From NCBI RefSeq assembly GCF_009914755.1, contig NC_060938.1: DNA of 64,000 bases, one strand, 5' to 3'. Numbering within the stretch: the stretch's first letter is position 1; every line of letters starts with the position of its first letter. Of the stretch, positions 49,886 through 64,000 are shown one piece after another. The position numbers and the translations under genes are program-made. The notes below the pieces were generated by a model. That model saw only the letters and a list, made by a program, of their open reading frames with translations, was not told the DNA's origin and ran no database searches. This stretch comes from the human T2T-CHM13v2.0 reference genome, Homo sapiens.

Positions 49886-49925
49886 TTGCATATACACACA
49901 CCACATTTTCCTTATTCTACCCATT
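49505..49925 (-). mobile_element. L1MA-type 3' end fragment with (TG)n at ~49857-49882
   Basis: gggtacaagtacaattttgttccatgaatatattacataatggtgaagtctgggcttt...cagttccatccatgttgctgcaaaac. Confidence 0.85.
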
Positions 49926-50661
49926 AATGAATATATGTTGAAGGACTGAAAGAATCAAACTTTTAAAATATCAATTATTCTAAATTAATTTCTAAACTTG
50001 GGGTAATCTCAATATCCCAGCAAGATTTGTATTTCATTTTTTGGTAAATATGAATAAGCAAATTTGATATAAAAATACGAAGTAGCCAAAATGATTTTAC
50101 AATGGATGATTATAGATAAAAGATTTATACAACCTGATTTAGCTACAGTGTTCAAGAGAGATATTTATAAGAATTGAAATTGATAAGAATATATATATAT
50201 TAATAAAACAGAATGAATTGTCCAAATAGACATACACACACAAAGTTATGCAATTTTTTTGTTTCACAGCGTCTTTATATACAACTTTTCATGGTGAAAT
50301 AAATTTAGCTTTCAAAAAAGTAAAAAAACAGAGCACGAAGTTTACCCAAATATTCTTCATCTAAGTTTTCTAAATATTAATGTCTTACATAGCCATGGGA
50401 AATTTGTCAAAATAAGAATTTCATATCAGTGAAATACTATCAAGCTATTGACTCTACTTGGATTGTATCAGTTTTTCTACAACTATATTCATTTTTTTCT
50501 GTTCGAGGATACCGACGAGGCTACTACCTTATATTGAGTTATCAAGTTTACTTAGCCTCCTTCAATCAGTCAATGTCTGTTTCATTGTTTAAACACCCAT
50601 GATGCTTTTGAAGAGTAACTTTGTCTCTCTGCTCACCTCGAATTTATAGAAAAACACTGTC

Positions 50662-53292
<2,631 letters not shown>

Positions 53293-55575
53293 TTCAAAGT
53301 CATTTTATTTGTTTGAAAGTATTATATTTTGCAAAACAAATTATTTCAGATCTTTCTGAACGTTCTTTATCCTATGCCAGGAAATTATCATTTTGGTATA
53401 TTGAGTCAAAATGCAGTCTACTAAATCTTTTTCATCTTCACCCTCTAATTAACCAACTGTTCAATTGCACATTGCAATTTTTTCTAAAATCTCAAATTTC
53501 AGTATGAGTAAGAAATAAAACCATGATCAGTGTCCCCAAATCTTATAATTTTTATAATATCTTTTGCTTAAGTTCTTTATTTTCAAAATGTTTTATGTAG
53601 ATACCAAAATTACATTTTTATATCACTAGCCCATTGTTAATTTGTCTAAAGTCATTATTGAATTACATTCTCTCCCATGGTACTAGTTAAGTGTTCTATT
53701 GCTGTACATTTTGGGGTAGTTAAGCATTATTTTTCTTGTCATTGGTTATTAGAGTTTGTTAGGGATAAAAGCAATGTATTTTTCAGGGGCATAACAAAGA
53801 AAGGATGCACTTTTGGCAAAACTCAACTGACCTGACTGGGAATATCATAAGAATTTTTACGTATCTGGGGAGGGAGGAGAAGATTTATATTTTTGTCCCA
53901 TTTTATTCTACTTGTTTTATTTCTATATTTCACACTTTGAGAATGTATGTTTACAAAGTTATCACAATGAGATTAAAAACACAAGGTTAAGAATTACACT
54001 CAATTAAACAAATACTTATTTTACAAAGGTTATACTTCTGAGTCTTAAATCCATAAACAAAATTTTGAAATGCTTCATTCATGTTTTTGGCATTAAAACA
54101 ATTATAGAATTTAAATTAAATGCTCTAATGAACAGGGTTCTAATGTATGATGGTACATGACTGTATATTAAAGAAATCCTTTTTATATTATTAAAGCTTC
54201 ATTACCTCATTTACTTTAATGATTCAGTTGGAAACCCCTGTAGATACTGATATGAAAGCAAATCAATAGACTAGGAAAAATATTCTCTATTTATTCTCAC
54301 TCTTTTGATTTAGTGTAAAGGTGAACCTCAAGTGACCAAAATGCATACACAACCACTTTCCAGAAGAGTAGTCTTAATAGTTTAAATTAATTGATTAGTA
54401 AAATTATTCACTTCTCATAATTAGTACCACTTATAATAAATGTGAAACAAAGAATATCCAATTGAGACAGAAGGAAGAAGGAACTGGTCAGGCAGGCAGT
54501 TAGGGTGTGTCCTCTGTAAAACTCCCTCAAACAAAGAACAGCCTGAAAACCGGAGTGCAGGCCCCAGATAGGAAAGAGCCCATGTCCTTGAATGGAAATG
54601 CTTACTTTGTGAATACAGATGAACAAATTCCACTTCTTTTTTAGACATATTTCTCTATCCTTGGCACTCTTAGTCTTTTAATTTTCACCTATATCACATA
54701 TGCCTACCTTTCTGTGATTGGCTCTTAGTGGAATCTTCATTTACATAGGATGAGTCATCACTTCAGCTCCTGATTTGTCCCAGATCAAGGACCCAGGCCA
54801 AGGTTCCACTTCAGTCCCTGATTGGTCCCAGGCCAAGCCTTCACCTCTCCCTCAAATTGGTGTGTCACACTATCATACCTCTTTCTGTGTGGTGCTTTTT
54901 CCAAGATGGCCTGTAGACTAGTAAGCAAACTTCCACTTCCAGTCCATAAAAACTGCAGACTCAGCATCATATCTGGCAACCCTCTTTTGAGCCCTCTCTC
55001 GTTGCTGAGAGCTTTTCTGTCACTTAATAAATCCGACTCTGCCTTACTCACTTTCTAGTGTCTATGTGCATTATTCTTCTTGGTCTCGGGACAAGAACTC
55101 AGAACTCACCAGCAAGGGGAGTAAAAGAGCTGTAGCACTTTCTCCAATTCACTAAACAACAGGAGTGAAAAAGCTGCAACATTCTTGGCATGTTCACTGA
55201 AATTCATCAGAAGGGTGTGTAAGAGCAGACCTCCCACTCTTTACTTTCATTTCTGAGGGAACTAGTCCACAGTTTTGTTTTAATAAGATTAAACAAAATA
55301 TTGAGCCCCTGTAAGCCAGTTAAAAGCAAATAGCATGGCTACCAGCCTTACATGACTCAAGCAACAGTCTTGATGGAGAGATCTTTGTCAATCCCCCATT
55401 GCCCTCAGGTGTTGGGAATGTTTGCTCTGTTCCAATCCAATTTTCTTTCATGGATGATCTAGCTGTCATGTGGGGTTGGAAGGAGGTACTGGCACAACTG
55501 AAGGGTTCTGGCAAGGCTACATTCAGTGTACCTAAAGGCCCCTGGACTAACTCCAGTCTGCAACAGCCCATTAGG

Positions 55576-55969
55576 GTTCTTTATTTTCAAAATGTTTTCT
55601 AAGTTTTTCATCTGAGTTTTCTAAATATTTATTAATGTCTTAAATAGCCATGGGAAATTTGTCAAAATAAGAATTTCATATCAGTGAAATACTATCAAAC
55701 TATTGACTCTACTTGGATAATATCAGCTTTTCCACAACTATATTTATTTTTTTCTGTTCCAGGATATCGACCAGGCTACTACCATATATTGAGTTGTCAT
55801 GTTTACTTAGCCTCCTTCAATCAATGTCTGTTTTATTGTTTAAACACTCCTGATGTTTTTGAAGAGTAACTTTGTCTCTTTGCTCACCTCAAATTTACAG
55901 AAAAACACTATCTTTTAAATCTACTTAAATTATATTTTTGTTTGCTCCTGAATGTCATATATTTTGAGA
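55576..55969 (+). repeat. Non-viral insert in the ERV leader copied from nearby DNA (53572-53594, then 50356-50665 + 53214-53266)
   Basis: Direct sequence match, roughly 92% identity by hand count over the long segment. Confidence 0.93.
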
Positions 55970-57229
55970 ACCATGATTTCCAGTCTTTCCTGTTGCATTT
56001 TCTTTCATTCTCTCCTTCACATCCATCACGTCTCCTATTCCTTCTTTACATACAATGATGTGGGTGTTTTTTGCGACCCAGGAACATAGTCTTCCAGGGT
56101 AGAGTCAGCAAATGCCTTAGTGATCAGAAGTATAATACAAATAATTGCTGTTTTTGTAATTTTCTTGAGAGAGCAGAATTTCAATATTTCAGTCTAAGTT
56201 TTCACTTAGAAAGGACCTTTTTGACCCCAGTGATATATTTATAGCATTGTATAAGGGAATATTTCACCCTAAGTGAATACTCTCCTCTCCATTTAGGTTA
56301 ATTTTTTTGCTCCATATAAGAGCTCAGCATTGCCCAATGAATTTAAACAGTTTATCTATGAAACAAATTAATTTTCCCTTATTGAGAAGCATACTCTTGG
56401 GGCAGACTATCAAGCCCCATATCTCTCTTTTCAACCTCTGCATGGAAAATATTTGGAGATAAAGTTACAACTTAACATTTCAAACTTTACCAAGGTACTT
56501 GGAGAGATGGGGTTTCTTTCCTTGGAGGGCCTTATCAGCCCTTTGTCCAAGCCCTCTCGTTCTGCAATTTCTCTCTCTCCTACATTCCTCTGTTAGGTTG
56601 CAGGCTCCATGCCCCATCTGTAAACAGCAAAATTCCACTTTCAACCCTCAGGAGGAAGCCACCGTTGAGAGACAATTTTAGTCTCAGTGCAGTCCCCATC
56701 ACGGGAAGAATGGCCATTCAGTCCTTATGTTCTTTTGAGGCATCTGTTGTACATCCAGCTCCATCAGCACTTGAATAAAAAGGGAATTCTATATCTAGAA
56801 GTTAATTGGCCTCATTCTCTAGAATTCATAACTTTACCAGAGCTTTCATTAGAGGAAGTAAGAATAAGTTTAAGACACTCCCTCCATTAAAGAGTCTTGC
56901 CCAAATACAACTGTGGCACAGCCTCTTGCAAGCCTCATGTAGGGAAACTTGGGAGTCTTATGGTTCAAAGGGATCTAGGAAACCAATGAGAAACCACCAG
57001 CGGAAAGCTAATCAGGTGAGCATGATTACTTCTACTGATTGATTAACTCCTCTGGATCCATGGGTAAAGGTCATGCTTGCATCCATGAACAGCACTCATA
57101 ATGGTCGCTGGGACCCAGAGGACACAGGGAGGAAAAGAGGAGAAAGGACACTTCTGTCTTTCTCTCTCCATCCTGGGTTACTCCAAAAAAGGGGAAGGAG
57201 ACTAAAGAATGCCTTTCCTTCTCTCTCTT

Positions 57230-58700
57230 TCTAAACAAACGTTCTTTAGCATGTACTCCTCTCAAGTGCATTCTGAAAATTTGAAACTCCTTTGACACTC
57301 AGAAAGCACGTTATATTCTTTGCACTTGTGAATGGCCATCTTACCAACTGTAGGATGAAGAGGCCTGGCCTCCTGAGGGAAGTGTTAATTATAATACCCT
57401 CTGATAACTAGATGTTTTCTACAGTTGGGAGGGCAAATGGTCTGAGGCCCCCTGTGTATAAGCTGTCTTTGCCTTGTGAGACAACCTGGATCTTTGTCAA
57501 CGTTGTAGGATTGATTCTGACCTCTTAGCAGTTATATTAGGCAAGCCCACAGACGATAATTCCCCAAAGTCAGATAAACAAACCCCTGGCGAACTCTCAA
57601 CTGCAACTCCTGGATCTTTCAGCCCTTCTTGACAGCCCCCATCCTGGAAACCCTCTACCATGTCATCAGTTTCCCCAGCTCTACCACCCAAGAAACACCT
57701 GACTTCATTGTTATGCCCACAGGAAATGCCTGATGGACATGGTACCACCAGGGTCCAAGTTCCCTTTTCATTGCAGGACCTTAGAAAAATAAAACGAGAC
57801 TTACGCAAGTTGTCTTATAACACCAATCAATATATAGAGGTTTTCCAAAACCTGAGTTACGTAGAGAGATGTTATGTTGCTCCTAAATCTAACACTAACT
57901 GCTGCTGAGAGATAGGCAGCCCTGCAGGCAGCAGAAGGATTTGGAGACCAACAATATGTCTGCTATCACTAGTTGAGAAAAGAGGAAGGTGAGAAAGAAC
58001 CAGAAACCACATACCCAATAGAAAGAGAGGTAGTGTCCCTGGAAAACCTTAATTGAAACCCCTGTGATCCCACAGGGATGAGAAACCATTTCTCATGAGT
58101 GGAAAGAAACCATTTTTAGATGTGCATACTAGACAGCTTATAGAAAAGGACCAGAGACAAACCTGTTAATTACTTCAAGCTTTCCATGATAGATCAGAAA
58201 CTAGAAGAAAATGCCTCAGCCTTTTTAGAGGGGATGAGAGAAGCTTCAGTTAAACACACCTCTCTTTATTCTGATTTGGTTGAGGAACAGCTAATTTTCA
58301 AAGACAAGTTTATTAGTCAGAAAGCCCCTGATATCAGAAGAAAGTTACAGAAACAGGACATGGGACCAGAAAGCATCTAAGAGAACCTCCTGAATGTGGC
58401 CACTTCAGTCTTGTACAATAGGAACCAGGAGGAGGCCCAAGAGAAGAGGAAGCACAAGAAATGGACAGAGGCTCTGGTGACTACATTGCAGGCCTATAAA
58501 ATTTAGGATCCCCAAGGATCAACTGCTAATTGCTACCAGCGTGGCAAGTCAGGGCACTTTAGGGAGGATTGCCAAGGTAGTAAAAGGAATCCATCTCAAC
58601 CCTGTACATCCTCTGGTGGGGACAACCAGAAGGCAGGCTGTCCCTGGGACATAGGCCACCAGGTCGAGGACCAGACTCACAAATCATCTAGCAGGAATGA
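57230..58700 (+). pseudogene. gag: ERV gag remnant
   Basis: CTPLKCILK (matrix, ~57252), RVQVPFSLQDLRKIK (capsid), FISQKAPDIRRKLQK, mutated zinc knuckle CYQRGKSGHFREDC at 58531-58572, TGA at 58698. Confidence 0.88.
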
Positions 58701-59965
58701 TGGGTCCCAGGGCTTGATTCTCCAGCTCCAATGGCTCAGACTGCCATCACTATTCAGGAGCCCTGGGTGATTCTGGAGTTGGAAGAGAGGAAGGTAAACT
58801 TTTTTTTTGGACACTGCAGCAAATCTTTCAGTTCTCTTTTCTCCCATAACATGATGATGATGGGCATCTCAGGAAAGCCCTTAATCCAACGTTTATTTCA
58901 GTCCCTCTGTTGTAGTTTGGGGGACCTGCTCTTTACTCAGGCCTTTTTAATCATGCCTGAAGTCCCACTTCCTTGCCATTTAGAGATATTCTAGCTGTAT
59001 GAGAGCCACCATCCTTATGACTCCAGGAAAAATGCTTTGTCTCCCTCTGGTGGAAACCAACATTAACCTGGAGGTTTGGGAAATCCAATGAAGAATTAGC
59101 TGAGCTATAACAGCTATGCCAGCCTAGATCCACCTTAAGGTCCCTACATTTGTCCCTAACAAGAAGCAACATCTCCTAAAACCAGAAGCTAGAAAAGGGC
59201 TAGAAGCTATTATTAATAACTTAAGAACACAAGGCCTCCTCAGACCATGCAACAGCCCCTGCAACACCCCAATATTACGAGTGCAAAAACCTAATGGGAG
59301 AATGGAGACTAGTTCAAGACCTCTGCCTCATTAATGAAGATGTTGTCCAATTCCTCTAGTAGTTCCCAATCTCTATACCCTGCCATCTCAAATACCCAAA
59401 GGAACTAAGTGGTTCAGTTGTTTTGGACCTGAAGGATGCCTTTTTCTGTATACCATTGTACCCTAAATCCTCATATTTGTTTGCATTTGAAGATTCCCCC
59501 AATCAGACCACCCATTAATCTGAACAGTAATGCCTCAGGGCTTCTGAGACAGCCCTCACCTGTTCAGACAATCCCTAAAAAAGATGCCTCTGGTTTCTCT
59601 CATCCTCAGGTTGAAGTTTTAAAATATGTAGATGATATGCTCCTCTCTGCCCCAACCAAGGAAACTTCTCAAGAAGGCGCTAAGGCTCTTCTCAATTTCT
59701 TAGCTGACAAAGAATCTAAGGTTTCAAAATCTAAGGCTCAGCTCTTTCAGACTTCAACAAAATACCTAGGGCTAACCCTATCAGAAGGGACCAGAGAATT
59801 AGACAAGCAGAGGATTAAGCTCATCTCCTTGTTTCCACTTCCCAAAACCCTCAAACAGCTAGGAGGATTCTTGTTCATTAAAGGATTTTATATATTGTGG
59901 ATATCCAAGTACAGTAAGATAGCTTGCCCTTTTTATGACTTTATAAAAGAAACTCAAGACTCACA
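58701..59965 (+). pseudogene. pol: ERV pro-pol remnant (RT, truncated before RNase H/integrase)
   Basis: PCNSPCNTPIL, WRLVQDL, LDLKDAF, YVDD at 59625-59636, KYLGL, PKTLKQLGGFL. Confidence 0.88.
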
Positions 59966-59969
59966 CCCT

Positions 59970-61492
59970 TACACTGGGTAAAGTTAACAGAATAACCCCC
60001 TGTGTTTTAAAATCAGAGGGAAGGGACCATATCTGGGAGACCTCAAATATTACAACATCACATTCATAATTGCTAAGAGCACAGGGGTCTGGAGAGTAAG
60101 AAAGAACACATGTAACCCAAAACATTAGAAGAACTATGAAAAAATGTTAATGATCTAACCAAACATCTCAGCCGGGATTCCTTGTTGGAATGACTATCCC
60201 TGGGTAGGGATGCCACCTCTTGCCAGCATTATCATCAGGTAATAAATAACTCATGGTTCTTTCTATATGTGCCCACGCATGGAATCCTTAAGCCTTGTAT
60301 AATATTTGATAATGATAGTGACCTACAAATCTGCAGGCAAACAGGACATGTGTGGACCAATAGTCCCTGTAAGGAGGGTTATCTAAGATACCAGCCAGGA
60401 CATATTGTGTCTCTGATCTTTTGAAACATCATCGGCCAAAAGATTCTTCCCACCTAGAATGTAAAATGCCAAAGAGCATTATGAATAACTATACTGAGTA
60501 TGGATATCTCTATCCCCAGAATACTCCCATTAGATGTAAGGGGCTGACCTTAAAATGCCTGGACAAAAACTAGCTAGAACTCTCACAAATCACAACTTAG
60601 AACCATCCCTTCAAGGAATGGAACTTTATTTTCTCTGTGGCTCCTGGATACACTTAATCTACCCCAGGCACTGAAGGGGAACATGCACTATTGTGGCAGT
60701 GTTCCCTGACTCAATATTTTTAAACCCTACAAACATGGCAGCACTATCTGGTGACATACTCAATCTGGACTTTTTTCTGGAGAGTTCAATCTCTCACACA
60801 CAATGAACCAGGAGATCACTTATTTCTATGTCATCATATGGAGATTTAACTGAGAGAGAGAACTAGAAAGACATACCCTTGACAATCGTGTATTAGAAAA
60901 GCCATGGATGAAAAATTCTATAGATAGAGGGCTATACTTGTTTGCCAGTATTTTTCTCCTTGAAAGATTAGTACTTAATATCTCTATTATGATGCAATGA
61001 GGGTGAAAGGCAACAGTAGGAGCCATGGAAGCCCAACAAAAATCCATAAGTTCTCAAACCACTGTAGTAATGCAGTATAAGTGAACTCTTGATGTCCTTA
61101 TGGTCAGTGTAGGGGGTGCCTGTGAATTTTTAAATGAGACATGCTGCTTCTGGATCAACATTTCTAATCAGGTAGAAGAAAACTTACAGGTGCTTAAGGA
61201 CCAAATTAGGATCATTAACAGATTGAGAGAAAATATGGGCTCTGATTCTAGTTGGCTACAAACCCTTCTTAAAGGATTTGTTCTTTTTGGATCCAGTTAG
61301 CTCCTTTAGTAGGACTTCTTTTACTTGTATGTATCATGTTAATGTTTGGCCCTTGTTATAATCAATGCTATAACCCAAATTATTTCTTCTCGTAGAGAGG
61401 CTATCAAGCTCCAAATGATGATGCAAATGAAATTACATGTGGACATGCCTTTCTTCTGAGGACACTTAGGCCAGCCCCAGGAGGAGCCCTAG
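59970..61492 (+). pseudogene. env: ERV env remnant (partial SU and TM)
   Basis: LYFLCGSW (~60625), degraded immunosuppressive domain MQYK*TLDVL (61070), CX6CC motif CEFLNETCC at 61121-61147, hydrophobic TM-like stretch ~61300-61350. Confidence 0.85.
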
Positions 61493-62944
61493 CTGTTGTT
61501 CTCCACAAAATATCCCTCTCCAGCAGGAAGTAGCCAGAGGAATCATCACCCCACCTCCCTAACTTCAGTTAGGGTCTCTGTTCCTGAGGGGAGAAAGAGA
61601 GAGTAGGAAGGAAGAAACCAGTGAGGCAGGCGGTTAGCATGGTCCTTTGTAAAACTTCTCCAAATAAAGAACAGCCTGAAAACCAAACTGCAGGCCCCAG
61701 ATACGAAAGAGCTCATGTCTTTGAATGGAAATGATTACTCTGTAAACACAGATGAACAAATTCCCCTCCTTTTGGTAAACACAGATGAAGAAATTCCACT
61801 GCTTTTGTGATACATTTCTGTCTCCTTGTTGTGCCTTAGTTTCTCACTTTTCACCTATTTTACATATACCTATCTTTCTGTGATTGGCCATGGGCTGAGT
61901 GTTCATTTACACAGGATGAATCATCACTTCAGCCCCTGATTAATCCCAGGCCAAGGTCCTGGGCCAAGCTTTTACTTCAGCACCTGACTTGCCCTGGGTC
62001 AAGTTCCCAGGCCAAGCCTTCACTTCAGCCCCTGATTGGTCCCAAGCCAAGTTACTGGGTCAAGCCTTCACCTCTGCCTCCAGTTGGTTCTTTACACTAT
62101 CATACCTCCTTCTGAGTGGTGCTTTCTCCAAGACAGTCTGCAGAAAATTCACCATTCTCCTCCCCTTCCATTCCGTAAAACCCTGGACTTAGCCTCATAT
62201 CTGGCAACCCTCTTTTGAGTCCCCTCTCTTGCTGAGACCTTTTCTGTTGCTTAACAAACTCAACTCTGCCTTACTTACTCTCTGGTGTCTGTTCCTTATT
62301 CATCTTGGTCATGAGACAATAATTTGGAGCTTTCCAGCAGAAGAGTGAAAGAGCTGTAACACTTTCTCCCACTTGCCAAACAACAGGAGTGTAAAAGCTG
62401 CAACACAATAAGGTTTATTTACCTGCCCACTGTCACCTGGAGACAAATGCAATGGATTGTGTTGTTCCAGGCTACACACCTGGTAAATTATGAGTGATCA
62501 AAAGAATAAAGTAAAAGCAATTGTTTACAATTTGTTCTGTTGTCTCAGATATAAAGCCTCCATCAATTATTTTACATTGAAAATTACTAAATTGTCACAT
62601 TACTTAATAATCCTTAGAAAGATGCAAATTAAAACAATCCACACTTTCAGGTGTTGCAAGGATGGGCATTGTAGTCTCTAAATGTTTAAATATATTCAAC
62701 ACTTAAAGAAGAAAATAATGCTTCTGCATGGATAGAATATATTTGAGGTAGAGCATACACACAAACACCAAGTGTTTAGATTTTTATAGAAAATGTAATT
62801 TAGGTTGCAATTTTATTTAATTAACTTATTACCTTATGCATTGACTGATGTTTTTTAATCATCTTACTGTGTTCATCTATTGCATTTATTAGGGTTCTCA
62901 GATAACAATTTCTAAAATTTCCTTTTGCTTATGTTTTTTGTGGA

Positions 62945-63083
62945 AAATTAATTTATTTTACAGACAGCAAATTAATTTATTTTACAGAAATACATGTTTC
63001 TGTATTTAAACACGTATTTCTGTAAACAAAATTAATACAGAAATGTATTTCTGTAGATAATTTATTTTCAGAAATACATGTTT
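62945..63083. repeat. Patchwork of direct and inverted copies of a ~31-bp core
   Basis: Core aaattaatttattttacagaaatacatgttt recurs in at least seven full or partial pieces in both orientations. Confidence 0.85.
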
Positions 63084-63916
63084 ATAAACTCATTTGATTA
63101 ATAATTTAAAATTCTAGACTGCTTATTGTGTACATAAAAATATAATTTAAGGTAAATTTTGAAGATACAAATTTATATATTTTTATACACTGAATCCTTA
63201 TATTTTATACTTAAATATTGCTGTTAACATAGTTTTAATTTCCCAGATATGTAGCTTCTCATATTTTTCTCTTTAAGCTCTATTGTTTTCTACAATGTTT
63301 TCTTTTTTAATTGATACTGACACTATACTTTTTTCCCATTAATAGAAATATATCTATATATAGATATAGACATATAAAAGAGATATTTTTGTTTCCTTTG
63401 GTAAATTTTCTTTCTGTTCTAAACAAAATTTACAAGTGAGATTTGTATTATTGTTCTGTGACTGTTTTTTCTCTTATCAACATTTGTAGGTATGAAATAG
63501 AAAAAAAGTTATATACTTTCTAAGTCAAGCTTAAAATGACACCCATTTTGACTAATTTTTAAACAATAAATTGTTTTCTCACCAAGAATTAACTGTTGAT
63601 TTTCTAAAATGTCTATTTTATTGAAAGAGATGAATAATTTTTGCAAAAATAGTGGCATGTTAGTAAGCTAGTCTCAGGTTTTATCTCTCTCCTTCTTATG
63701 TGATTGTTTCAATATATTATTTACTTTGTCTTTCTAAAAAAGTCAGTATTTGCCTTAATGATGAAATAAAAACCAATACGTTATTTATTTGAAAGAGATT
63801 CCTCAGTTATTTCTTATTTCTCATTTGATATTATTATTATTAAAATATCATAAATTATTACTTTTTACTTTGTGTTTGAACTAAATATTGTGATAATAAG
63901 ATAACATATAATATTT

Positions 63917-64000
63917 ACATTAGTTTGCCAGGGCTACCACAACAATATACTGGGTGGTTTAAACAGCAGAATTTTATTTTCTCAAAGTTCTGAAAGCTTG
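63917..64000. mobile_element. MLT1 LTR end running off the window
   Basis: cattagtttgccagggctaccacaaca...ctgggtggtttaaacagcagaattttattttctcaaagttctg. Confidence 0.75.

Larger units (their letters stand above)
54463..62405 (+). mobile_element. Degraded ERV1-class (gammaretrovirus-like) provirus, LTR27/MER61-like LTRs, HUERS-P3/HERV9-related internal region
   Basis: 5' LTR 54463-55181 and 3' LTR ~61596-62405, both ending aaagctgcaaca; 4-bp TSD caat at 54459-54462 and 62406-62409; degenerate PBS starting tgg at 55186; polypurine tract gaggggagaa at 61586-61595. Confidence 0.93.

Noticed and set aside
55186-55204. Assigning the primer tRNA of the provirus
   Set aside because: The PBS (tggcatgttcactgaaatt) is too degraded to match a tRNA 3' end with confidence.
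61070-61300. Env TM frame as a syncytin-like domesticated gene
   Set aside because: In-frame stop inside the immunosuppressive domain, multiple stops in SU and a missing 5' part.
63349-63366. AT palindrome atatctatatatagatat
   Set aside because: Expected by chance in TA-rich low-complexity DNA.

Overview
AT-rich primate genomic DNA, most likely great ape or human, made mainly of transposable elements. I recognise no host protein-coding gene, RNA gene or CRISPR array, and nearly all ORFs in the track are L1, Alu or LTR by-products. Main content: (i) three young L1PA2-class LINE-1 insertions, A 7118-12287 (-, ~860-bp internal deletion), B 20543-26586 (-, full length) and C 50662-53198 (twin-primed inversion with a 720-codon open frame), which share apparently non-consensus substitutions; (ii) a rearranged older L1 at 1-4938; (iii) a full THE1 MaLR element nested, inverted, in the LTR of another (37706-42225); (iv) a degraded ERV1-class provirus with both LTRs and a 4-bp TSD (54463-62405); (v) solo LTRs, an ERVL-like pol remnant, Alus and DNA-transposon relics. 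The strongest unexplained structures are a multi-template insertion of local DNA into the provirus leader (55576-55969) that preserves the empty target site of L1 C, a ~140-bp patchwork of direct and inverted copies of one ~31-bp core (62945-63083), a possible ~100-bp 3' transduction on L1 B, and an ORF1 nonsense codon shared by L1 A and B. I see no support for a new multi-gene system. Subfamily names are from recalled consensus sequences and need RepeatMasker/Dfam confirmation.
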